57,216 bases of DNA from Alphaproteobacteria bacterium. GTDB lineage: Bacteria > Pseudomonadota > Alphaproteobacteria > JBCCNR01. A program made the position numbers and the translations under genes. The DNA is taken from positions 1 to 57,216 of the forward strand of contig JBLHTX010000001.1 in the NCBI GenBank assembly GCA_047627635.1. Direction: 5' to 3'. Positions 19,819 to 27,301 of this stretch are shown one piece after another (positions within the stretch are counted from its first letter, which is position 1; each line of letters starts with the position of its first letter). The notes under the pieces are model-generated. The model was not told the DNA's origin, did not search any database, and worked only from the letters and a program-made list of their open reading frames with translations.

Positions 19819-19825
19819 AGAAACT

Positions 19826-20836
19826 ATGCATTTTTTTATTACACTTTTTACTTCATTTTCCCTGTTATGTATAACGCTTTATGCACAAAATAAGGCTTTA
19901 CCTAATCATCAATTATCAAAAAAACTGTTTGATATTTATGCGGATTCATATCAAGAACCACAAGAGGATGATGTTATTAATCATAATCTTGTGCAGCTTG
20001 GTAAGAAAATATTTTTTGATATACGTTTTTCTTCCGATGGCAAGATGGCTTGTGGAACATGTCATATTCCTGAAAAAGCGTTTAGCGATAATCACCCCAA
20101 AGCAATCGGTAATAATGGCAAGGCTTTGCAACGGCGCGCAATGACGCTTTATCATCTTAGTCACGATACACAGTTCTTTTGGGATGGTCGCGGAAAATCA
20201 CTTGAGGCACAATTTGCCGAAGCATTAAAAAATCCGCTCGAAATGGATTTTTCTTTTGAGCGTGCCATTAATATTATGAAGTACGACAAGCAATATCAAA
20301 CATTGTTTTTACACTTAAATAAAAATCCAACTGAAGCTATTATCACGCAAGCTGTTGTCAGTTATGTCAAATCAATTAAGCCTCCTAAAACACAATTTGA
20401 TGCTTGGGTTAAGGGAGATTTAACCGCATTAACGCATCAAGAGCTTAAAGGGTTTGAGTTATTTAATAACAAGGCAAACTGCACAGCATGCCATATGGGA
20501 TATCAATTCAAAGATAATTTAATGAATGATATTGGTCTTGCTGATAATGACCTAGGCTTAGGGGCTGTGACTAAAAACCCCAATGATTTTCATATGTTTA
20601 AAACGCCTTCATTACGAGGGATTACTTATCGTGCCCCTTATATGCATGATGGATCCCTTGTGACACTTAAAGATGTTATCGATCATTATAATGCACCAAT
20701 TTTTAAACGTGGCAACACAGATATCCCGATCCCAGAAGAGCAGGGAGATATCATTGCATTTCATAACTTTACGCAACCTTTAAATCTAACCGATTCTGAA
20801 ATAGAAGATTTAATCGCATTTTTGAAGATATTATAA
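19826..20836 (+). CDS. Di-haem cytochrome c peroxidase (CCP/MauG family)
   Basis: 336 aa with a signal peptide and two CXXCH sites (CGTCH, CTACH). It also has the family motifs FFWDGR, FKTPSLRGI and PYMHDGS. Confidence 0.9.
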   Translation: MHFFITLFTSFSLLCITLYAQNKALPNHQLSKKLFDIYADSYQEPQEDDVINHNLVQLGKKIFFDIRFSSDGKMACGTCHIPEKAFSDNHPKAIGNNGKALQRRAMTLYHLSHDTQFFWDGRGKSLEAQFAEALKNPLEMDFSFERAINIMKYDKQYQTLFLHLNKNPTEAIITQAVVSYVKSIKPPKTQFDAWVKGDLTALTHQELKGFELFNNKANCTACHMGYQFKDNLMNDIGLADNDLGLGAVTKNPNDFHMFKTPSLRGITYRAPYMHDGSLVTLKDVIDHYNAPIFKRGNTDIPIPEEQGDIIAFHNFTQPLNLTDSEIEDLIAFLKIL

Positions 20837-20849
20837 CTACCGAGGCAGC

Positions 20850-22196
20850 CTAAATATTTTCTTGAATAATTTTTGTTAAATGATCGGAAACGTTTTGCAT
20901 TAAATGCCTGTCTTCAGCTTCCACCATAATCCGAATAAGGGGTTCAGTGCCTGATTTACGAATAAGCACACGCCCTTTTTTACCAAGTTTTTTCTCAGCT
21001 TTAGCAATCGCATCTTTGACAATTTCATTATCAAGGGGTAAATTATCTTTGTAGCGTATATTTGTCAATAATTGCGGGAAAGGTTTAAATAGTTGACTTA
21101 TTTGAGAAAGTTTCTTGTTCGAGCGACAAATATTTGCAAGGACATGTAAGGCAGCAATTAAGCCATCACCAGTTGTTGCATAATCAGATACAATCACATG
21201 ACCTGATTGTTCGCCGCCTAATTTTATATTTTGCTGCCGCATTGCTTCGACAACATAACGATCACCAACTTTGGTTCTGACAACTGTGAGACCAAGTGAC
21301 GCCAAATAATTTTCTAGGGCCATATTTGACATAACCGTAATGGCAACTTTATTATTAGTAAGGCTATTATCACTGTGTAATTTCGTTGCAATAATCCCAA
21401 TAATAACATCGCCGTCCAGGATTTTTCCATTTTCATCACTCAGCATAAGGCGGTCAGCGTCACCATCGAGCGCAATCCCAATATCGGCCCGATATTCATT
21501 TACGGCCTTGCTTAAGGTTTCAGTATGTGTTGCCCCACAATTTTGATTAATATTAAAACCATCTGGTGATACATTAATGGGGATAACCTCTGCCCCTAAT
21601 TCAAACAAAATTTGTGGTGCCACACGATATGCTGCACCATTGGCACAATCAATGACAATACGCATCCCTTGGAGGGTTAAATCTTTGGGGAAGCTTGACT
21701 TTACAATCTCAATATAACGTGCTTGTGCGTCTTCATAGCGTCGTGTACGGCCTAAATGCTCTGCCTCAACCAAGTGATCACTAAGGCAACTATCAATAAG
21801 CGCTTCAATTTCATTTTCCGCTGTATCAGGGAGTTTATAGCCGTTTGCATCGAAAAGTTTAATGCCATTATCAGAATGTGGATTATGTGAAGCTGAAATC
21901 ATGATCCCAAAATCAGCACGCATTGACTTGGTTAAAATCCCAATACCAGGAGTTGGTACAGGCCCCAACAACATCACGTCAGCGCCCACAGAAATAAGCC
22001 CAGCAGTAAGTGCGGCTTCGAACATATAGCAAGATCTTCTTGTGTCTTTTCCGATAACAACTCGAAATTTTTGATTAGACACTCCGAAGTAATGCCCAGC
22101 AGCAACACCCAGTTTAAGCGCAAAATCTGCCGTCATAGGATATTTATTAGCAGGTCCGCGGATACCATCCGTACCAAAATATTTTCGCTCTGTCAT
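20850..22196 (-). CDS. glmM: Phosphoglucosamine mutase
   Basis: 448 aa with YFGTDGIRG, the active-site ISASHNP and the GEQSGH motif. Confidence 0.97.
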   Translation of the reverse strand: MTERKYFGTDGIRGPANKYPMTADFALKLGVAAGHYFGVSNQKFRVVIGKDTRRSCYMFEAALTAGLISVGADVMLLGPVPTPGIGILTKSMRADFGIMISASHNPHSDNGIKLFDANGYKLPDTAENEIEALIDSCLSDHLVEAEHLGRTRRYEDAQARYIEIVKSSFPKDLTLQGMRIVIDCANGAAYRVAPQILFELGAEVIPINVSPDGFNINQNCGATHTETLSKAVNEYRADIGIALDGDADRLMLSDENGKILDGDVIIGIIATKLHSDNSLTNNKVAITVMSNMALENYLASLGLTVVRTKVGDRYVVEAMRQQNIKLGGEQSGHVIVSDYATTGDGLIAALHVLANICRSNKKLSQISQLFKPFPQLLTNIRYKDNLPLDNEIVKDAIAKAEKKLGKKGRVLIRKSGTEPLIRIMVEAEDRHLMQNVSDHLTKIIQENI

Positions 22197-22210
22197 GGGA
22201 GTATCTTTTT

Positions 22211-22258
22211 ATTATTATATTATTATATTATTATATTATTATATTATTATATTATTAT
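22211..22258. repeat. 8-bp microsatellite (attattat)x6
   Basis: Six perfect copies fill almost all of the hemA-glmM intergenic spacer (22197-22258). Confidence 0.95.
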
Positions 22259-23536
22259 TTATGTTTTCTCGTTTGTGAGTGTAAATTCTATGCTGTTTGT
22301 ATTGCTCGAAACGATAGGGTCTTGATAATCAAACGCCTCATAGCCAATACGATCCCGAATTTGACATAAAGCAGATACCAATGAATCAATATGCGCATTT
22401 GTGTGATTTGGTGAAGGCGTGAAACGTAATCTTTCCGTGCCATGGGGAACAGTTGGATAGTTAATGGGTTGTGCGTAATGCCCATAGGCAGATAATAAAA
22501 TATCGGAAATATTTTTACAAATAACAGGATCACCGATCATAAGAGGCACAATATGCGTTACATTTTCAAGAACATGAAATTGATGTTGTCTAAGCTTTGT
22601 CCGCAAATAATTGGCTTGTTTATGCAATAACTCACGCTGAGAATGACAGTTTCTAACAAATTCAATCGATTTTTGCGCTGCTGCACAAATTGCAGGCGGG
22701 AGTGATGTTGTGAAAATAAACCCTGCTGCATAAGAACGAATAAAGTCAATGGCATTTTTTGATCCTGCGATATAGCCACCAACAACGCCAAAACCTTTTG
22801 CAAGGGTCGCTTCAATAAAGTCAATCTCATGCATAATGCCCATTTGCTCAAGCATACCAGCACCATTATTGCCATATAAACCAACGGCATGAACTTCGTC
22901 GACATAAGTTAAGGCGTTATATTTGCGTGCTAGGGCAACAATATCATAAAGGGGTGAAATGCTGCCATCCATTGAGTAAATGCTCTCAACAGCAATAATT
23001 TTAGGCACTTCGATTGGAAAACATGATAATTTGGACTCAAGGTCACGCATATCGCAATGTTTAAAAATATGCTTTGCAGATTTGGCAAACCGTATACCTT
23101 CAATCATGGATGCATGGTTCTTTTCGTCGGAAAAAATTTGACAATTTGGTAATTGACCCGCAATTGTTGATAAGCCAGCCGAGTTTGATACATAGCCAGA
23201 GGTAAAAAGAATTGCTGATTCTTTTTGATGTAAACTTGCAATTTCAGCCTCAAGCGTAACGTGATAGCGCGACGTACCCGATATATTACGTGTCCCTCCT
23301 GAGCCTACACCCACATCGTCAATTGCGTCTTTGGCTGCTTGAATTACTTGTGGATTCTGCCCCATTCCCAGGTAATCGTTTGAACACCATACGGTAACAG
23401 GCTTTTGATTATGTTTAGAAAAATAATCAGCAGTTGGATAGTGTCCTGCCTTGCGTTTTAAATCAATAAATACACGGTAACGACCCTCTGTTTTAAGGTC
23501 GGTTATTTTTCTAGCAAAAAAATTATTGTAATTCAT
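22259..23536 (-). CDS. hemA: 5-aminolevulinate synthase (C4 haem pathway)
   Basis: 425 aa with TEGRYRVF, VTVWCSNDYLGMGQNP and the fold of a PLP-dependent alpha-oxoamine synthase. Confidence 0.96.
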   Translation of the reverse strand: MNYNNFFARKITDLKTEGRYRVFIDLKRKAGHYPTADYFSKHNQKPVTVWCSNDYLGMGQNPQVIQAAKDAIDDVGVGSGGTRNISGTSRYHVTLEAEIASLHQKESAILFTSGYVSNSAGLSTIAGQLPNCQIFSDEKNHASMIEGIRFAKSAKHIFKHCDMRDLESKLSCFPIEVPKIIAVESIYSMDGSISPLYDIVALARKYNALTYVDEVHAVGLYGNNGAGMLEQMGIMHEIDFIEATLAKGFGVVGGYIAGSKNAIDFIRSYAAGFIFTTSLPPAICAAAQKSIEFVRNCHSQRELLHKQANYLRTKLRQHQFHVLENVTHIVPLMIGDPVICKNISDILLSAYGHYAQPINYPTVPHGTERLRFTPSPNHTNAHIDSLVSALCQIRDRIGYEAFDYQDPIVSSNTNSIEFTLTNEKT

Positions 23537-23573
23537 AGGGCCTGTAATTCATAGGGCTTTTAATTCATAGGGC
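23529..23573. repeat. Three direct copies of taattcatagggc at a 16-bp period. The first copy contains the hemA start codon.
   Basis: Copies lie at 23529-23541, 23545-23557 and 23561-23573. Each carries CAT, which is ATG on the hemA strand. Confidence 0.9.
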
Positions 23574-23724
23574 AAAGCATAAAATTTTAAAAACATATTC
23601 TTTATAAATCATTTAACAAAATTATACAAATAGAATAATGCAACTTTACGCTGATTAAGAGATTTTTAATCTTTTCCAAGGATAATGAAAGTAATATGTA
23701 CTATTGATAATGTAGGTTGATAAT

Positions 23725-24039
23725 ATGACAACAAGTAAAAGAAAAAAACAATATTTACTAAAAAAACAAAGCCGTTTTTTCTATCTTTGTGCCATCGTAG
23801 TTTTTAGCACCTTAGCATTCGTTGCTTTTGCAATGAGCTTATATGATGGCTTTACCAATGAGCGCGTTGTGATTATGCTATTAAATGTTTGGTTTTCATT
23901 TTACACTATGGATCTTGTGACAACACGCTTTAAACGTGATGGTGAGCGTGCTTTTTGGCATAATTGGGTTGTCTTTTCTAAGAAAGAACGCAAGCAAGAT
24001 ACAGAAAAATCATCAGAAGATTACAAAGAAGTTGGCTAA
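23725..24039 (+). CDS. Small two-TM membrane protein, hypothetical
   Basis: 104 aa with a Lys-rich N-terminus, two hydrophobic helices and a charged C-terminus. Its stop overlaps the ampD stop by 4 nt (convergent genes). Confidence 0.5.
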   Translation: MTTSKRKKQYLLKKQSRFFYLCAIVVFSTLAFVAFAMSLYDGFTNERVVIMLLNVWFSFYTMDLVTTRFKRDGERAFWHNWVVFSKKERKQDTEKSSEDYKEVG

Positions 24040-24671
24040 TAGGGGCACTTATCGTTGAACGTTTCAACGACTTTTCGATTTAAGGGCGTTAAAATTTTCA
24101 GAGAGTCACAGCCATAGCCAAAATCGCTTAAATTATCTAAAAAATTGCTCCGTTTTGTATGATAAAGCATTTTTTTTAGCTTTTTTGGGGCAATTCCATG
24201 ACCATTTTGGGCAAGTATGTGCCATGGAAATAAAAATCCTGGATCTTTTTTTCGCATAGGGGCAATATCACTATGACCAATAATATGCTTATTATCAATG
24301 TTATGGCGTGCACGAATAGAGCTTAATAGCCAAATTAAGGATTGAATTTGAACTTTAGGAAAGTTTTGATATCCAAATTCATGTCCCTTATTATCAAGCT
24401 CAATCCCGATAGAGCGTGAATTAATATCTTTTTCGCCCTCCCAAATACTTAATCCTGCGTGCCATGCCCGATTACATTCATTAATAAGCTGAAAAATAGT
24501 CCCATTTTTATGAATAAAATAATGTGCACTGACGCGTGGTTGCGTGTTACTACACATTTTTTGCAATGCATCATCGGCAGTTTTCATGCCTGTATAATGT
24601 ATAATAACCATATCGGGCTTTAAAAATGCACGCTGATCAAAATTTTGACTTGGAAAAGAAATTATATCCAT
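24036..24671 (-). CDS. ampD: N-acetylmuramoyl-L-alanine amidase, AmpD-like (Amidase_2)
   Basis: 211 aa with IIHYTGM, SAHYFI..NG, RAWHAG, IGIELDN and GHSDIAP.RKKDPG motifs. Confidence 0.87.
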   Translation of the reverse strand: MDIISFPSQNFDQRAFLKPDMVIIHYTGMKTADDALQKMCSNTQPRVSAHYFIHKNGTIFQLINECNRAWHAGLSIWEGEKDINSRSIGIELDNKGHEFGYQNFPKVQIQSLIWLLSSIRARHNIDNKHIIGHSDIAPMRKKDPGFLFPWHILAQNGHGIAPKKLKKMLYHTKRSNFLDNLSDFGYGCDSLKILTPLNRKVVETFNDKCPY

Positions 24672-24745
24672 AAATATTCGCTTTATTGTTGACCTATTTT
24701 AAAGGACAGTTTAGAAGTATTAAGAAAAATTATAGTCTTGTTGTT

Positions 24746-25549
24746 ATGTCAGAATATCCATATTTAATCGCCGCTTTCCTAGGAATAGTTGAAGGTGTTA
24801 CCGAGTTTTTACCCGTATCGTCTACTGGTCACTTGTTATTATTATCACATTTTCTTGGTTTTGAAACGACTGGAAAGACCTTTGAGGTTCTTGTCCAGCT
24901 TGGTGCTATTCTTGCTGTTTTAGGTATATATTTCAAGAAAATTCTGTATCTTGTTACACATTTTCGTACAGATAATGAAGCTAAGCGATTTCTTGTTGGG
25001 TTATTAGTTGCTTTCCTACCTGCTGTCATCATCGGTTTGTTGGCTCATAAAACGATTAAAACAGTTTTTTTTGAAAGCCCTGCTTTAATTTGCTTTTCTC
25101 TGTTGATTGGTGGCATTGTGCTGTTGATCGTTGATAAGCTTAATCTTAAAACAAAATATCATGATGCCGAAAGCTTCCCATATTCTATGTGTCTTGTCAT
25201 CGGTCTATGTCAGTGCTTGGCAATGATTCCAGGTGTTTCTCGTTCTGGTGCAACAATTGTTGGTGCTTTATTATCGGGCGCAAATAAGCGATCTGCAGCC
25301 GAATTTTCTTTTTTTCTTGCAATGCCAACAATGGCTGGTGCGTTCACGCTTGACCTTTACAAGAACTTTGGCGCAATCACTGTCAATGATTTATCTTATA
25401 TTGGTGTTGGATTTTTGTTTGCATTTATTTCGGCAATTATTGTTGTAAAATCACTTCTTAGTTACGTAACGCGGCACGGATTTGCACCCTTTGCATATTG
25501 GCGTATTTTCATTGGCGGTTGTGGGTTGATTGGACTTTATTTATTATAA
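24746..25549 (+). CDS. uppP: Undecaprenyl-diphosphate phosphatase
   Basis: 267 aa from the ATG at 24746, with [16 protein letters not shown] and PGVSRSG motifs. The ORF track starts at an upstream TTG (24686). Confidence 0.95.
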   Translation: MSEYPYLIAAFLGIVEGVTEFLPVSSTGHLLLLSHFLGFETTGKTFEVLVQLGAILAVLGIYFKKILYLVTHFRTDNEAKRFLVGLLVAFLPAVIIGLLAHKTIKTVFFESPALICFSLLIGGIVLLIVDKLNLKTKYHDAESFPYSMCLVIGLCQCLAMIPGVSRSGATIVGALLSGANKRSAAEFSFFLAMPTMAGAFTLDLYKNFGAITVNDLSYIGVGFLFAFISAIIVVKSLLSYVTRHGFAPFAYWRIFIGGCGLIGLYLL

Positions 25550-25573
25550 AATTTGTTATGAAGGTAACATTAT

Positions 25574-26554
25574 ATGATTGAAACGAATAAAATTGTGACA
25601 GTTATCGGCGGATCAGGTTTCGTCGGGCGTTATATCGTACAAAGATTAGCAAAAATGGGAATGCGTGTTCGTGTTGCTGTCCGTAATCCAAGTCACGCCC
25701 ACGATCTTGTCGTTAGTGGCACAGTAGGACAAGTTGTCCCCGTGCAGTGTAATATCCGAAACTTTGATTCTGTATCAGCAGCTATTGATGGTGCTGATTA
25801 TGTTGTGAATTGTGTCGGTATTTTATATGAAACCTCCAAACAAACTTTTGAAAAAACGCAATATGAAGGAGCTAAAAACATTGCCCAAGCATGTAAAGCC
25901 CATAATATTGAAAAGCTTGTTCATATTTCTGCGATTGGGGCAAACGAAAAATCAAAAAGTACTTATGCCAAAACAAAAGCACAAGCAGAGGTCGCAATTC
26001 TTGATTTAATGCCAAATAGTACAATTTTACGACCTTCTATTATTTTTGGTGCAGAGGATAATTTTTTTAATTTATTCGCACGTCTTGCCTCCTTGTCACC
26101 CATATTGCCGCTTGTAGGAGGGGGGAGTACTTTGTTTCAACCTGTTTACGTCGATGATGTTGCTCAGGCCGTTACATATTCACTTGAAAATACGCAAACA
26201 AATGGTAAAATTTATGAGCTTGGCGGCGTAAATCAATATAGCTTTAAACAGCTTATGGAAAAAATGTTGTTTCAAATTGGTAAAAAACGGCTTCTAGTGC
26301 CAATGCCGTTCTTACTCGCTAAATTCAAGGCATTCTTTTTACAGCTTTTGCCCAAGCCTTTATTAACTATTGATCAAGTTGAGCTTTTAAAATATGATAA
26401 TATTGTTGCTCGTGATGCATTAACTTTCAAGGATTTATCCATTAGACCAACTGATATTGATATTATTTTGCCAACTTACTTACGGACTTATCGCAAAGCA
26501 GGCGATTATGACCTCGGGACAGGCTTTAATCATAAAACAGGACGCAATAGCTAG
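25574..26554 (+). CDS. NAD(P)H-binding SDR, complex I NDUFA9-like
   Basis: 326 aa with the Rossmann motif VIGGSGFVGRYIV and an atypical SDR layout, as in alphaproteobacterial NDUFA9 homologues. Confidence 0.82.
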   Translation: MIETNKIVTVIGGSGFVGRYIVQRLAKMGMRVRVAVRNPSHAHDLVVSGTVGQVVPVQCNIRNFDSVSAAIDGADYVVNCVGILYETSKQTFEKTQYEGAKNIAQACKAHNIEKLVHISAIGANEKSKSTYAKTKAQAEVAILDLMPNSTILRPSIIFGAEDNFFNLFARLASLSPILPLVGGGSTLFQPVYVDDVAQAVTYSLENTQTNGKIYELGGVNQYSFKQLMEKMLFQIGKKRLLVPMPFLLAKFKAFFLQLLPKPLLTIDQVELLKYDNIVARDALTFKDLSIRPTDIDIILPTYLRTYRKAGDYDLGTGFNHKTGRNS

Positions 26555-26789
26555 ATTATCTATGCTGCATAAAAATATATAGCCGTAAATTATGTGTCTG
26601 ACAGTTGCCAACCAATGATTTTTATGATGTTTATGATGTTTATAATGGAAATAATAAGCTTTATGGGTAATAATAAAAAATTATACACCGTTGTTTATTA
26701 ATTCTTAATATGTTTTTAGTATAGTTTTAATATAGATACAGCCGATATTTAATGTAGCTGTTTCTTTAATATTATGAGGCTTAGACATT

Positions 26790-27299
26790 ATGAATGGCAT
26801 ACAAAAAGATAATATTTCGAATGAACAGAAAAGTGATTTTGTTGAATTACGAGACTTTTATATTGATATGATTTCATATGTTGAACGCCTTCATCGCCTA
26901 ATGATTGATGTTATAAAGACTGAGCTAGAAAACAATAAAATTGAAGAAATTAGTGCAGTACAGGCCTTATTATTATGTAATATTGGTGCTGCTGAATTAA
27001 CTGCAGGAGAATTAAAGACGCGTGGTTATTATTTAGGCTCTAATGTTTCCTATAATCTTAAAAAGCTTGTTGAACTAGGATATGTATCTTATGAAAAATC
27101 GCATATTGATAGACGATCAGTTCGGATTAAATTAACACCCCTTGGTGAGGATATCGCAATTTTAATTACTGAGCTTTATACGCGACATACACAGGGAATT
27201 ATTGATAAACATATTATTGATGTTGCTGGCATCGAAGAAATATGCTTAATTTTCAAAGATTTCGAGCACTTCTGGAATGATGACATTCGATATAAATAA
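26790..27299 (+). CDS. MarR-family winged-helix transcriptional regulator
   Basis: 169 aa with a wHTH core (LTAGELKTRGYYLGSNVSYNLKKLVELGYVSYEKSHIDRRSVRIKLTPLG). Confidence 0.75.
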   Translation: MNGIQKDNISNEQKSDFVELRDFYIDMISYVERLHRLMIDVIKTELENNKIEEISAVQALLLCNIGAAELTAGELKTRGYYLGSNVSYNLKKLVELGYVSYEKSHIDRRSVRIKLTPLGEDIAILITELYTRHTQGIIDKHIIDVAGIEEICLIFKDFEHFWNDDIRYK

Positions 27300-27301
27300 A
27301 T

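Noticed and set aside
22071-22325. An 84-aa plus-strand ORF crossing the 8-bp microsatellite (..LLLYYYIIILLYYYIII..).
   Set aside because: It is generated by the repeat itself and overlaps the glmM 5' end and the hemA 3' end on the opposite strand.
23681-23724. Three GATAAT hexamers (23681, 23706, 23719) in the hemA / small-membrane-protein divergent region, considered as a Fur/Mur-type iron box.
   Set aside because: The spacing does not reproduce the contiguous 19-bp Fur consensus, and GATAAT-like words are expected by chance in such AT-rich DNA. I cannot support it without a genome-wide motif model.
24686-24745. N-terminal extensions proposed by the ORF track for uppP (24686), selO (32587), lpxB (11876), the PduO-type gene (38921), the ABC protein (42779), the M16 peptidase (to 54776), accB (to 56617) and the acidic protein (to 48590).
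   Set aside because: In each case a downstream ATG gives the family-typical N-terminus and avoids overlap with the preceding gene. The extended versions start at TTG or distant ATG codons and add non-homologous residues.
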